The translations under genes and the position numbers were made by a program. Of a DNA stretch of 38,102 nucleotides, positions 11,909 through 21,871 are shown one piece after another. Every line of letters starts with the position of its first letter. The stretch's first letter is position 1. Under the pieces are notes generated by a model. That model searched no databases, was not told the DNA's origin, and saw only the letters and a list, made by a program, of their open reading frames with translations. The stretch lies in assembly GCA_033762915.1 (NCBI GenBank), contig JANRLD010000077.1, positions 1 through 38,102 on the forward strand, read 5' to 3'. Source of the stretch: Meiothermus sp. (GTDB lineage: Bacteria > Deinococcota > Deinococci > Deinococcales > Thermaceae).

Positions 11909-13084
11909 GTGCGTCCTCTAGGCCTGCTTTTCTTGACACTGTTCAACAGCATTTTGGGCCTCTCGGTGCTGTTCCCCATCATCGGGCCATTGAGCCGCGA
12001 GCTGGGTTTCTCGGAGTTCCAGGCCGGGCTGTTCTCCACAGGCTACGCGCTGATGCAATTCCTGCTGGCCCCCTACTGGGGCCGGCGCAGCGAGACGCTG
12101 GGCCGCCGCCCGATCCTGCTGCTGGGCATTGTGGGCTTCTCGGTGGGGTTCTTCCTGTTCGCGCTGTTCGCCTGGCTGGGCTTTCAGGGGGCCCTGAGTG
12201 GGCTGCCGCTGTTTGTGCTGATGCTCTTCTCGAGGCTCCTGGGCGGGGCCTTCTCCTCGGCCACCCTGCCCACCGCGCAGGCCTACCTGGCCGACATCAC
12301 CCCCCGCGACCGCCGCACCCAGAACTTCGCCCTGCTGGGGGCGGCCTTCGGGCTGGGGGTGGTCTTCGGCCCGGCCATCGGGGCGGCCCTCTCGGGCCTC
12401 GGCCTACTGGTACCGGTGTTGTTCTCGGCCTCGCTGGGGCTGCTGAACGCGCTGTTCGTCTACTACGCGCTGCCCGAGTCGCGCCGTGCCGAGGAGCGCC
12501 CCGAGGTTGCGCCCAGGCTGAGCTGGCTGGACCCGCGCATCTGGCCGATTCTGCTGCTGGGCTTCGTGGTGCAGTTCTCCTCGGTGGCGATGGAGCAGAC
12601 CGTGGCCTTTTACTACCAAGACCGCCTGAGTCTGAACCCCCAGCAAACCGCCCAGACTGTGGGAGTGGCGCTGGTGGTGTTCGGGGTGGTGGCGGTGCTG
12701 ATTCAGGGCTTTGTGGTGCGGGCCTTCAAGTTTAGCCCGCGCACCCTGTTGGCCATCGGGCTGCCGCTGGCCTTGCTGGGTTATGTGGGTATGGTTTTTG
12801 CGGACAGCTTTTGGACGCTCACCCTGGCGCTGGTGCTGGTCGGGGCAGGTGGGGCCTTTGCGGGGCCAGGAACCAGCGCAGCCCAGTCGCTGGCGGTCTC
12901 TGACAATGAGCAAGGCGCAGTAGCGGGCCTGAGCAGTTCGGCCCAGGCGCTGGGCCGGATGCTGGGGCCGGTGCTGGGGACGACCTTGTACGGGTTGCAG
13001 CCCGAGTACCCGTATGTATTCTCGGCAGCGTTAGTTATGGTTGGGCTGGTGTTTTTGGTGAGCCAGAGGCGGCTGGGGAGGTAG
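11909..13084 (+). CDS. MFS transporter, TetA/DHA1-like
   Basis: About 12 hydrophobic segments, motif A WGRRSETLGRRP, AYLADIT, GVVFGPAIG. TAAACT 6 nt before GTG 11909. Confidence 0.9.
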   Translation: MRPLGLLFLTLFNSILGLSVLFPIIGPLSRELGFSEFQAGLFSTGYALMQFLLAPYWGRRSETLGRRPILLLGIVGFSVGFFLFALFAWLGFQGALSGLPLFVLMLFSRLLGGAFSSATLPTAQAYLADITPRDRRTQNFALLGAAFGLGVVFGPAIGAALSGLGLLVPVLFSASLGLLNALFVYYALPESRRAEERPEVAPRLSWLDPRIWPILLLGFVVQFSSVAMEQTVAFYYQDRLSLNPQQTAQTVGVALVVFGVVAVLIQGFVVRAFKFSPRTLLAIGLPLALLGYVGMVFADSFWTLTLALVLVGAGGAFAGPGTSAAQSLAVSDNEQGAVAGLSSSAQALGRMLGPVLGTTLYGLQPEYPYVFSAALVMVGLVFLVSQRRLGR

Positions 13085-13090
13085 TGCGGC

Positions 13091-13480
13091 ATGTATGCCG
13101 ATGCCGATCGGCAACAACTTTCTAAGGAGATTGGTGAAACCGTGCAGTTAGCCCTCGAGCGCCCCGACTTTTGTATAGATACCTCAATCAGCGCGACGGG
13201 GAGCCGTTTGATACCGAGTGGTCAAGGGCATTTGGCGAACTCGAGGCCGCCAAAAAAACGCTGAGCAGTGTCCGGCAAAAAGCCATTGAGGATGAATCCG
13301 GGGTATTGCGTGAGACAGTGTTTAAGGCGGTGCTTCAAGCGGCAAAAAGCCCTGACCTGGCCGCCTACCTCTCCGACGACGCGGGCTTGATCTACGAAAA
13401 TGCAGTAGTCTCCTAGCGGCACTGGGGTCAGTCAGCTGCGGGATGCCTATCGTCAGCGGAGACTTCCCGGTAGTGAATAG
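13091..13480 (+). pseudogene. Degraded small hypothetical gene (two frameshifts plus an internal stop)
   Basis: ATG 13091 MYADADRQQLSKEIGETVQLALERPDF; shift at TTTT into LYRYLNQRDGEPFDTEW...DLAAYLSDDAGLIYENAVVS*; shift again into VSQLRDAYRQRRLPGSE*. Lower GC than flanks. Confidence 0.5.
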
Positions 13481-13497
13481 GCTTTTGCACAAGGGGT

Positions 13498-13619
13498 TAA
13501 GTTGCGCCATAGTGAGATTGCAGGACTTCAGCACAGCCTCATCAGCGAACGGCTTGTGGGCGCAATTGCCCGATCTATCGGTGAGTGCGGATGCTGCAAT
13601 TCCACTATGGAGATACTTA
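13498..13619. mobile_element. MITE-like element, family B
   Basis: Imperfect ~26-bp terminal inverted repeats TAAGTTGCGCCATAGTGAGATTGCAG / CTGCAATTCCACTATGGAGATACTTA; left end matches 31140-31167 at 22 of 28 nt. Confidence 0.6.
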
Positions 13620-13705
13620 GCTGAAACACCAGCTTGCCGCGCGTATAAGCTGACAAGGTGCAGGGCTCGAGGGCTCTTCGGGTGCGAAACTGAGCTGCAA
13701 GAGGT

Positions 13706-13733
13706 GTAGGGGTGTATTGGAGTACACCCCTAC
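13706..13733. repeat. GTAG-class REP-like palindrome (may also terminate patB)
   Basis: GTAGGGGTGTA-ttggag-TACACCCCTAC, perfect 11-bp stem. Confidence 0.6.
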
Positions 13734-13749
13734 GAACGCCTCGAGCCGT

Positions 13750-14913
13750 TCAGTCCAGCGAACTCTTGACCACCCGCTCCATCCGCTCGAGCGCCTCCTG
13801 CATGAGGTTCTGACCCGTCGCGAAGTTCATGCGCAGCCAGCCCTGGTACTGCGGGCCGAAGATCGCCCCGTCGTTGAAGCCGATCTTGGCCTGCTCGAGC
13901 ATGGTCTTGTTGACCTCGGCGGCGAAGGGCAACTTGGTGAAGTCGAACCAGGCCAGGTAGGTGGCCTCGGGCGCGACATAGCCCACCTGCGGCATCCGCT
14001 CCCGCACGAAGGTGCTGATCAGATTCCGGTTGGCGCGGAGCTGGGCCTTCACCTCGCCCAGCCATTCCTGCCCATGTTGCAGCCCGGCCAGCCAGGCGGT
14101 CATGCCCAGCACGTTGGGGTGACCGCCGATGCCCTTGAGGCCCTTGGCCACCCCCTCGAGCAGCTTCTTGTTGTGGCTGATGGCCACGCCGCCGCCCAGC
14201 CCGGCGGTGTTAAAGGTCTTGCAGGGGCCGGTGAGGGTCACGGTGCGCTGGGCCACCTCGGGGCTGAGGCTGGCGATGGGGACGTGGGTGCCGTCTAGAA
14301 CCAGGTTGGCCCACAACTCGTCGGACATGATCCACAGGCGGTGGCGCAGGGCGAACTCGGCCAGCTTCTCGAGTTCGGCCCGCGTGAACACCCGCCCGGT
14401 AGGGTTCTGCGGGTTGCACAACATCAGCATCCGGCTGGCGGGGGAGACCAGGGTCTCGAGGTGGTCAAAGTCAATCTCCCACCTTCCGCCCTGCTGGAGC
14501 ATGGGGTTCTGCCGGGTCACACGCCCGTAGTCGTTCAAGGCGTAGAGGAAGGGGTGGTAGACCGGCACCTGGGTGATCACCTCGTCGCCCAGGCCGCTCA
14601 GGGCCAGCACGCTGGCGTAGATGCCGGGCACCACCGAGGTGGTGAGCAGCAGGTTGGAGGGCTCGAGGCCCGTCAGCCCGTGGCGGGCCTGGTCGGCGAT
14701 GATGGCCTGGAGCAACTGGTCGTCGCCGTTCGCCTTGGGGTAGCCGACCCGGCTGGTCAGCCGCTCAGTGATGGCCTTGGGGATGGCCGGGCAGATCGGG
14801 TAGTCCATGTCGGCCACCCACATCGGCAGCACGTCGGCGGGGAAGTAGTGCCACTTGACGCTGTAGCCGTGGGGGTCGCGCAGATCGGCGGCCTCGAGGT
14901 GCTGGAGGTTCAT
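13750..14913 (-). CDS. patB: PatB/MalY-family PLP-dependent C-S lyase (cystathionine beta-lyase)
   Basis: SVKW, LPMWVADMD, LCNPQNPTGRV, SDE, PCKTFN, PEATYLAW, LRMNFA. Confidence 0.9.
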   Translation of the reverse strand: MNLQHLEAADLRDPHGYSVKWHYFPADVLPMWVADMDYPICPAIPKAITERLTSRVGYPKANGDDQLLQAIIADQARHGLTGLEPSNLLLTTSVVPGIYASVLALSGLGDEVITQVPVYHPFLYALNDYGRVTRQNPMLQQGGRWEIDFDHLETLVSPASRMLMLCNPQNPTGRVFTRAELEKLAEFALRHRLWIMSDELWANLVLDGTHVPIASLSPEVAQRTVTLTGPCKTFNTAGLGGGVAISHNKKLLEGVAKGLKGIGGHPNVLGMTAWLAGLQHGQEWLGEVKAQLRANRNLISTFVRERMPQVGYVAPEATYLAWFDFTKLPFAAEVNKTMLEQAKIGFNDGAIFGPQYQGWLRMNFATGQNLMQEALERMERVVKSSLD

Positions 14914-14956
14914 GATTCATTGTAAGAGCGCTCGAGGCCGGACGCAAAACTCGGGG

Positions 14957-15021
14957 GTCGTACGTCGTATGTCGTACGTCATATGCAAAAGCCTAACAGC
15001 GCACGCCGTACGCCGTTCGAC
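14957..15021. repeat. Heptamer tandem repeats (STRR-like) with an inverted partner array
   Basis: GTCGTAC-GTCGTAT-GTCGTAC-GTCATAT followed by CGCACGC-CGTACGC-CGTTCGA. Confidence 0.7.
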
Positions 15022-15030
15022 CGCCCTCTC

Positions 15031-15098
15031 ACAGCGGCTCCCACGAATACCACGCACGCAGAGACTCGGATGTGCGGCGTAATGGTGGGAACCGCTGT
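15031..15098. mobile_element. MITE-like element, family A (short copy)
   Basis: TIRs ACAGCGGCTCCCAC / GTGGGAACCGCTGT abutting the stop codon of the oxygenase gene; internal CGAATACC...AGAG..GGATGTGCGG shared with 28125-28171. Confidence 0.6.
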
Positions 15099-15778
15099 CA
15101 AAACCCGTACTCGAAGGCCTTGTTGCTCTGCTCGCCGTTCACCTGGGCGTTGAAGGAGATGATCACCCGGTCCTTCTGTCCGTCGTAGGGGAAGGCCTTG
15201 TGCAGCAGCCAACTGGGAAAGACCACCAGCGTCCCCTCCTCGGGCGTGACGTCGAACTCCGACTGCTGCATGTAGGTGTTGCCCAGGTCCATATGCGCCC
15301 CGCCCAGCAGGTTGAGGTGCTGGGCGTAGAAGCGGGTGATGCCGTTGCGCCCGCCCAGCACCGGGTGGGCGTGGCGCTGCTCTGCGGGGTCGATCTGCAC
15401 GTAGTAGACCCCCGACCACGAACAGTTGCCGTGGTTGTGGATGTCGTGGAAGCCGAAGCGGTTCTGGATCTGGAACCAGGCCCCCACCACGTTCATCTGA
15501 AGGTTCTTGACCCCCATGCCCTGCCAGATCGGGCCGTTCATGGCCTGGGCGACCTCGAAGACGCTGCCCGAGATGAAACCGAACAGCTGCTGCAAGGCCG
15601 GGCTCTGGTGGCGCTGCAAGAGGTCGTCGTCGCTGCTGTAGACGTTGCCCGACTGGCCTTTGGCCTGCACCTCGGCGTAGAACAGCTCGAGCAGCGCCCG
15701 GTTCACCGCCGCGTGCTGGGGAAAGCGCTTGATCAGAATCGGGGTGGGCCAGAGGAGCTGGACAGATTCGGGGTTCAT
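15098..15778 (-). CDS. Putative 2OG-Fe(II) oxygenase (TIGR02466-like)
   Basis: LWPTPI start, HNH, WSGVYY, EGTLVVFPSWLLH, RVIISFN. Confidence 0.85.
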   Translation of the reverse strand: MNPESVQLLWPTPILIKRFPQHAAVNRALLELFYAEVQAKGQSGNVYSSDDDLLQRHQSPALQQLFGFISGSVFEVAQAMNGPIWQGMGVKNLQMNVVGAWFQIQNRFGFHDIHNHGNCSWSGVYYVQIDPAEQRHAHPVLGGRNGITRFYAQHLNLLGGAHMDLGNTYMQQSEFDVTPEEGTLVVFPSWLLHKAFPYDGQKDRVIISFNAQVNGEQSNKAFEYGF

Positions 15779-15921
15779 AGAAAGAGCCTACAGCGGAAGA
15801 GGGAAGAGAAATAGCCGCTCGAGGGCGCGGGGAAAACGGGTTCTGATGTCTGGCGGTCCGCGACGTTTGCCCCTCCTTTTGCCCGGCCAACGACGTGTCC
15901 TCCACGGGGGAGGGGGTTCGG

Positions 15922-16917
15922 TTAGCGCAGCCGCCAGAGTTTGGGTGGGTTGTTGGTGGCGAAGTACTCGAGGCCAGGGGAGACCACCAGCCCGTAGCCG
16001 CCTCGAGCCGTCTGATAGAGCATCTGACCCGTCGTGGCCGAGTAAACCGCCAGGCCCTGGCCCCGGTCTACCGTCAGGACAAAACGTCCGTTGCCGCTGA
16101 TGGCCACGCGCTGGGCGGGCTGGCCGGCCCTGAGGGCGAAACTGCGGCTCAGGCGGCCTGTCAGGCTCCACCACCCGACGGGTTTCTGGCCGTCGGCGAG
16201 GAGCAGACCCGAGCCGTCGGGCGTGAAGACCGGCGGGGCGTCGCGGCAGCTCGAGGCCGCCGCCGCCGTGTCCGGCAGCCGCAGCACCCGCCGCCCGTCC
16301 GCCACCCGGAAGACCTCGAGGCGCTTCCCGCACACCGCCAGCAGCGAGGAGTCCCGGCTGAACGCCACTGCGTCCACCTCGCCCGGCGTGCTCAGAGTCC
16401 GCAGCCGCCGGCCCCCGGGGCCCCACAGCTCGACATAGCCCTGGCGGTTGGGCACCGCCAGGGCCGACGAGTTGGGGGCAAACACCGGATAGGTCAGGCC
16501 GCACAGGCTGGGCTCCTCCAACCGCCGCGCCACCCGGCCCGAGGGGAACTCGATCAGCTCGAGCCGCCCTACCGAACCCGCCGCGTAGCCGCTCCCGCGC
16601 CGCCCGCACTTCGAAATTCCGCTCACTGCCAGGAGTCGCGCGTCGGGACTGACCCCCAGGAGGTACTTTCCTCTGGGCAACACGAAACCCGTCTGGGGTA
16701 CCAACCCGCCGGCCTGAATCCGGCTGAGCTGGACGGTCTGCCGTCCGTCGTCGTTGTAGGGAAACAAGCTGACCAGGCTCTTCCCGTCCGAGCTGAAGGC
16801 CACCGGGCCGTCTTCGGGCAGGAAGGCCACCACCTCCGGCCGGCCGCTCTGCTGCGCCCAGCTTTGCTGCGCCCAGGCCAGCGCCAGGGGCAGAACCAGG
16901 GCAAGAAGACGCCGCAC
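15922..16917 (-). CDS. Secreted WD40/beta-propeller protein
   Basis: Signal peptide VRRLLALVLPLALAWAQ; repeated AFSSDG / VSPDAR / AFSRDS / FTPDGS / ISGNGR blades. Confidence 0.75.
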   Translation of the reverse strand: MRRLLALVLPLALAWAQQSWAQQSGRPEVVAFLPEDGPVAFSSDGKSLVSLFPYNDDGRQTVQLSRIQAGGLVPQTGFVLPRGKYLLGVSPDARLLAVSGISKCGRRGSGYAAGSVGRLELIEFPSGRVARRLEEPSLCGLTYPVFAPNSSALAVPNRQGYVELWGPGGRRLRTLSTPGEVDAVAFSRDSSLLAVCGKRLEVFRVADGRRVLRLPDTAAAASSCRDAPPVFTPDGSGLLLADGQKPVGWWSLTGRLSRSFALRAGQPAQRVAISGNGRFVLTVDRGQGLAVYSATTGQMLYQTARGGYGLVVSPGLEYFATNNPPKLWRLR

Positions 16918-17128
16918 GGCGCTCAGGGTACCGAACGCCTCGAGACAGTGCCTCGGGGCAGGACACAAAGCCCCGCCCGGTCCCTCGAGGGTGAGAAAAT
17001 GCGCCCCGGCTCCCCGGCCGCTTCCGGGGGAGGGTGGGGGTGATTCAACGTACATTGCCTTACCCCGGTTCCTCATCTTGGGGCTATACTGGGTGGGTTT
17101 AGTGGGCAGCAATCCTCAAGGAGCACGC

Positions 17129-17599
17129 ATGAAAGCCAGTAAGGACACCGTAGTGACGATCCAGTACACCCTCCACGTCGCCGAGGAGCTGGTGGACCAG
17201 GGCGAGTTGGACTACCTGCACGGCCACAGCAACATCGTGGTCGGCCTCGAGGAGGCCCTCGAAGGCAAGGGGCAGGGTGACCAGGTGGAGGTGGCGGTTC
17301 CGCCCGAGAAGGGCTACGGTGTCTACGACCCTCAGGCGCTCCAGATCGTCTCCAAGGCCGACTTCCCGCCAGGCGCAGAACTCGAGCAGGGCGCGATGTT
17401 TTACGCCGAGGACGCGTCCGGTCAGCCGATGCCCTTCACCATCCTGGGAATCGAGGGCGACGACATCACCATCGACTTTAACCACGCCTTGGCGGGCGAG
17501 GTGCTTAACTTTAGCGTCACCGTGACCGGCGTCCGCCAGGCCAGCCGCGAGGAGATCAGCCACGGCCACGCCCACGGGGCGCACGGGCACAACCACTAG
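17129..17599 (+). CDS. slyD: FKBP-type peptidyl-prolyl isomerase SlyD
   Basis: YLHGHSNIVVGLEEAL, PPEKGYG, DFNHALAG, His-rich tail; AAGGAG RBS. Confidence 0.93.
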   Translation: MKASKDTVVTIQYTLHVAEELVDQGELDYLHGHSNIVVGLEEALEGKGQGDQVEVAVPPEKGYGVYDPQALQIVSKADFPPGAELEQGAMFYAEDASGQPMPFTILGIEGDDITIDFNHALAGEVLNFSVTVTGVRQASREEISHGHAHGAHGHNH

Positions 17600-17676
17600 G
17601 CGCTTCGCGCCGGAGAACGCAGAGAGGACCGGCCCATCGCTTGTGGCCTCTTTCTCCATTCCCACCGCTTTTCGTT

Positions 17677-19287
17677 GTGCTCCGCCTCCTACTGATGGGC
17701 CTGCTCGTCGGTGTAGGCTTATGGCTGATGAGCCAAAGCAGCGAACCGCGCAAGCCCAACTGGTTTAACCGCGACTGGGAAGCCTACATCGCCCGTCAAG
17801 TGGAAGAGCAGACCAAGGCGCACGACTACCCCCTGCGCCGCACGCTCGACTTCGGGCCGTTCGAGGCGGCGCTGGCCACCCTCGAGCCCGCCGAGCTTGA
17901 ACGCCTCGAGGGCCTCACCCAGTCTTCTACCATTGCCGAGCTCGGGGCCGAAATGGCGGCGGGGCGGCTGACCTCCGAGCGGCTGACGCTGTTTTACCTC
18001 TGGCGCATCCGGCGCTACAACGACGCCTTCCGGGCCTACCTCGAGCTGAACCCCGGCGCCCTCGAGCAGGCCCGCGCCCTCGACCAGGAACGCTCCCAGG
18101 GCCGGACTCGAGGCCCCCTGCACGGTATCCCCATCTCCCTCAAGGACAACATCGCCGCCCTGGGGATGCACAACACCGCCGGGGCGGAGGTGCTGCGCGA
18201 CCACCGGCCCCGCCAGGACTCCCCCATCGCTGCCCGGCTAAGAGCGGCGGGCGCGGTGATCCTGGGCAAGAACAACCTCTCGGAGTGGGCCAACTTCATG
18301 ACCAGCGCCTCGGTCAACGGCTACTCCACCCTGGGCGGTCACACCCGCAACCCCTACGGCCCCTTCGACGTAGGCGGGAGCAGCAGCGGCACGGCGGCAG
18401 CGGTGGCGGCCAACCTTGCGGTTGCGGGCATCGGCTCCGAAACCTCGGGCTCGCTGGTCTACCCCGCCGCGCAGAACTCCCTATTCACCCTCAAGCCCAC
18501 TTTGGGGCTGGTCAGCCGCAGCCGGGTGATCCCCATCACCGCCGCCCAGGATACCGCCGGCCCCATGACCAAGCACGCCGCCGACATGGCGGTGCTGATG
18601 TCGGTCGTCACCGGCCACGACCCCGCCGACCGCGACACCCAGATCGCCCAGGGCTTCGACTTTCCCCACTCCCCACCCCCCACCCCTCACCCCCTCAGAG
18701 TCGGCTGGATTCAGCACGGCATCCGCGAGGGCGACGAGGCCGCGCTGCGCGGGGTCGCCGAGGCGCTGCAGGGCCTGGGCCACGAGGTGGTCGAGCTCGA
18801 GCTGCCCCAGCCCGAGATCGAGATGCTCCCGGTGCTCCACGCCGGGATGCGCCGGGACCTCGCGGCCTACCTCAGCACTGCCGAGGCTGGCATCAGCGGT
18901 CTGTCCGAGGTGATCGAGTTCAACAAGGCCCACCCTGCCGCGATGGCCTACGGGCAGGATCTGCTCGAGACCTCGCTGGCCCACCCGCTGAGCGACCACG
19001 AACTCGACGCGCTGATCGAGAAGAACCGCCGCGTCGGGGCCGAGGCCCTGCTCAAGCTGATGGGCGACCACCGGGTGACGGTGCTGCTGACCGTTAGCAA
19101 CGCCCTCAGCACCCCCACCTCGACCTCCGGCTTCCCGGTGGTCAACTTCCCAGCCGGTTACCGCGCCTCGGGTGAGCCCATCGGGGCCTCGATCGTGGCG
19201 GGGGCCCTCGAGGACGCCCGGCTCATCGGCCTCGCCGCCGAGGTCTCGGCACGCCTGAAGGCCCGCAAGCCGCCCGCGCTGAGGTGA
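17677..19287 (+). CDS. Amidase-signature family protein with N-terminal membrane anchor (start uncertain)
   Basis: GPLHGIPISLKDNI, GKNNLSEWAN, GGSSSG, GSETSGS. Confidence 0.88.
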   Translation: MLRLLLMGLLVGVGLWLMSQSSEPRKPNWFNRDWEAYIARQVEEQTKAHDYPLRRTLDFGPFEAALATLEPAELERLEGLTQSSTIAELGAEMAAGRLTSERLTLFYLWRIRRYNDAFRAYLELNPGALEQARALDQERSQGRTRGPLHGIPISLKDNIAALGMHNTAGAEVLRDHRPRQDSPIAARLRAAGAVILGKNNLSEWANFMTSASVNGYSTLGGHTRNPYGPFDVGGSSSGTAAAVAANLAVAGIGSETSGSLVYPAAQNSLFTLKPTLGLVSRSRVIPITAAQDTAGPMTKHAADMAVLMSVVTGHDPADRDTQIAQGFDFPHSPPPTPHPLRVGWIQHGIREGDEAALRGVAEALQGLGHEVVELELPQPEIEMLPVLHAGMRRDLAAYLSTAEAGISGLSEVIEFNKAHPAAMAYGQDLLETSLAHPLSDHELDALIEKNRRVGAEALLKLMGDHRVTVLLTVSNALSTPTSTSGFPVVNFPAGYRASGEPIGASIVAGALEDARLIGLAAEVSARLKARKPPALR

Positions 19288-19290
19288 GGG

Positions 19291-19704
19291 ATGGAGGCGG
19301 TCGCCGTCACCCTCATCGTGCTGCGCGGGGCGCTGGTGCTGCTCAGCCTGGTCGCCATCGGGGTCTGTCTGCTGGTGGGGCTGCCGCTGCTGGTGCGCGA
19401 GCCGGTGGCCTGGCAGCAGCGGCTGTTCGGCTTTACTGCGGTCTTGCTGGTGGTCACTATGTTCATGGAGATCACCGTGCGCACCGCCTTCATGGGCGGC
19501 GTCTCCTGGCTGCATGCCTCCTACGGGCTGATCACCACCGCGGTCTTCTACGCCGTGGACGGTCTCAAGGAGAACGGTTGGCTGCGCAAGGGCCTGCAGA
19601 AGGTGCCCGAGCGAATCGGGCCGTATATGTTCTGGGCTGGGCTGGTGGGGCTGCTGTTGTGGGTGCGGTTCATTCAGACCGGCCTGGCCCCCCGCAGCAA
19701 CTGA
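19291..19704 (+). CDS. Hypothetical four-TM membrane protein
   Basis: Starts 3 nt after the amidase stop with a GAGG RBS; four hydrophobic segments. Confidence 0.7.
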   Translation: MEAVAVTLIVLRGALVLLSLVAIGVCLLVGLPLLVREPVAWQQRLFGFTAVLLVVTMFMEITVRTAFMGGVSWLHASYGLITTAVFYAVDGLKENGWLRKGLQKVPERIGPYMFWAGLVGLLLWVRFIQTGLAPRSN

Positions 19705-20837
19705 CGGTGAATGTCCTCGGCGATTCGCCGTGCCGCGCCGGGCTCGCCCATCGCGGCCTTCCCGGCGGCTCGAGCCTTCCCCCGTAGCTCCTCGGAGGCC
19801 AAGAACGCCCGGACGGCCCCCGCAACCGCTTCGGGCCGCGACTCCACCAGCGCCAGCGCGTCGCCCAGCAGCCGCTTCTGGTTCTGTGCGAAGGGCCGCG
19901 TATATTGTGGCCCCGCCGTAGGAAAACCCACCACCGGCACCCCGTACCCCGCCGCCTGCTCCGCCGCCGTGCCGCTGGTCGAGAGGGCCACCCGCGCCCC
20001 CAAGACGCAGCTTCTGAAGGCACCCTGGGTTAAGTAGGCCAGCGTCCCATCGGGGTGCTCGAGTCGATGGGTTACGCCCTCGGCCTGTCCCGTCTCCGCC
20101 ACCCGCCACCCGCTGCCTGCTACCCGCTCATCCACCGGCAACCCCGCCCAAGCCACCACTGGCGTCAGCCCCGTGTCCCCCAGCAGGCGGTAGGCCTCGA
20201 GCATCATGGGCAGGCTTTCGTAAGCATCTGTGCGGGAGCCGGGGAGCAGCAGCAAGTAGGGCGGGGGAAGCTCGAGCGGTACGCCCTCGAGGGCGTCGAG
20301 CATCGGGTTGCCGAGGTATTCCGCGTTGCCCACCCCGTTGGCCCGCAGCCACTGCTGAGCCTCGAGTTCACGCGGGTAAACCCTAACTGCTCTGCGCATC
20401 AGGATGCGCTCGAGGGGGCCGTAAGGGTTTCCACCCCGATCCCTTTCCCAGGCCCGTACCGAGACCAGACACTGCATCTGAAATAGCGGCATCCTGCCGA
20501 ACACACTGCCCACCAGAATCCCGTAGATGTCGCCCACCACCAGGGTTGCCACCGCGCCACGGGCCGCCGCCCGCACCGCGCGGTAGTGCCCCGCGCTCAT
20601 CGAGAACCAGCCTGCCCGCACGTCGGCCCAGACGGCCGCGGCACTCTGGATGGCGAATCCGCCCGAAGGCATCTCTTTACGCGGCCCCAGCACCTCCACA
20701 CCGGTCCCAAGGTAAGCCATGCCCTTCCCCACCAGCGGCACGGCCTGAACGCCGTATCCCAAACGCCCCAACTCCTTAGCCAAGACCGTTGCGATCATGT
20801 CCTCGCCGTGGCCGTTGGAGACGATGACAATCTTCAT
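19674..20837 (-). CDS. Lipid-A-disaccharide-synthase-related (LpxB-like) GT-B protein
   Basis: SNGHGED, MPSGGF, GNPMLD, LLPGSR, GTAAEQAAG..PVV..GPQY; ATGA overlap with the trpD stop. Confidence 0.85.
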   Translation of the reverse strand: MKIVIVSNGHGEDMIATVLAKELGRLGYGVQAVPLVGKGMAYLGTGVEVLGPRKEMPSGGFAIQSAAAVWADVRAGWFSMSAGHYRAVRAAARGAVATLVVGDIYGILVGSVFGRMPLFQMQCLVSVRAWERDRGGNPYGPLERILMRRAVRVYPRELEAQQWLRANGVGNAEYLGNPMLDALEGVPLELPPPYLLLLPGSRTDAYESLPMMLEAYRLLGDTGLTPVVAWAGLPVDERVAGSGWRVAETGQAEGVTHRLEHPDGTLAYLTQGAFRSCVLGARVALSTSGTAAEQAAGYGVPVVGFPTAGPQYTRPFAQNQKRLLGDALALVESRPEAVAGAVRAFLASEELRGKARAAGKAAMGEPGAARRIAEDIHRQLLRGARPV

Positions 20838-21871
20838 GCCTGAGTGAACTTGGCCAGGCGCTCGAGCACTTCCATTCCCGCCCCCGCGTCCAGCAATTCC
20901 CGCCCCATCGCCACGCCCTCGGCGATGCTCGAGGCCTTACCGGCCAGGTAGAACCCCGCCCCGGCGTTTAGCAGCACCGCGTCGCGCTTCGGCCCCTGCT
21001 CTTTTCCGCTCAGGATGGCCCTGGCGACCTCGGCGTTCTCCTGCGCCGTGCCGCCCGCGATGGCCTCGTAGTCGGTGGAGTTCAGCCCCACTTCCTCGGG
21101 CTCGAGGGTGTAGGTCTTGATCTGCCCGTCTTCGAGTTCGGCGATCTGGTTGCGGCCCAGGGCCAGCTCGTCTATGGCCTCCTGTCGACCCCCGCGCGCC
21201 ATCAGCCCGTGCACCACCAGGGCGCGGCGGCTGCCCAGGTCGCGCAGCACCTCGGCGAAGGGCTCGACCAGGGCCGGGCTGCTGACCCCAATTAGGTTGA
21301 GGGTGGCGAAGGCCGGGTTGGTCAGCGGCCCCAGCAGGTTGAAAACCGTCCGCACGCCCAGCTCGGCCCGCACCGGGGCCACGAAGCGCATGGCGGGGTG
21401 GTGGCTCCGGGCGAAGAGGAAGCCCAACCCCACCGATTCGATGGCCTCAGCGACCTTGGCCGTCGGGAGGTCGATCTTGATGCCCAAGGCCTCGATCAGG
21501 TCGAAAGAGCCCGACTTCGACGACGCGGCCCGGTTGCCGTGCTTGGCTATCGGGACGCCGCCCGCCGCCACCACGAAGCAGGTGGTGGTGGAGATGTTAA
21601 AGGCGTCGGGCGCGACCCCGCCGGTGCCCACGATGTCCATCAGCGGGCCGCGCTGGGTGTTGACCCGCACGGCGGCCTCGCGCATCCCACGGGCGAAGCC
21701 CGCGATCTCCTCGGTGGTCTCGCCCCGGGTGCGCAGGGCCATCAAGACCCCGGCGGTCTGGATGGGGGTCAGCTCGCCCGACATGATGCGCCCCATGAGC
21801 GCGTGGGCCTCGGCCTGCGATAGGGTCTGGCCGGATAGGGCTTTCTTGAGTTGGTCCATTTGGGCGTTCAT
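20834..21871 (-). CDS. trpD: Anthranilate phosphoribosyltransferase
   Basis: DIVGTGG, FNIST, KHGNRAASSKSGS, RTVFNLLGPLTNP. Confidence 0.96.
   Translation of the reverse strand: MNAQMDQLKKALSGQTLSQAEAHALMGRIMSGELTPIQTAGVLMALRTRGETTEEIAGFARGMREAAVRVNTQRGPLMDIVGTGGVAPDAFNISTTTCFVVAAGGVPIAKHGNRAASSKSGSFDLIEALGIKIDLPTAKVAEAIESVGLGFLFARSHHPAMRFVAPVRAELGVRTVFNLLGPLTNPAFATLNLIGVSSPALVEPFAEVLRDLGSRRALVVHGLMARGGRQEAIDELALGRNQIAELEDGQIKTYTLEPEEVGLNSTDYEAIAGGTAQENAEVARAILSGKEQGPKRDAVLLNAGAGFYLAGKASSIAEGVAMGRELLDAGAGMEVLERLAKFTQA

Noticed and set aside
13481..13620. Integron attC site after the pseudogene
   Set aside because: No RYYYAAC...GTTRRRY core pair in the right order; the inverted repeat fits the TIR family seen at 31140.
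14935..14960. c-di-GMP-I riboswitch suggested by GGACGCAAAAC
   Set aside because: The upstream GGCAAAC/GNRA P2 stem and the downstream pairing are absent.
14957..15021. CRISPR or mini-array
   Set aside because: Units are 7 nt with no spacers, and no cas genes are in the window.
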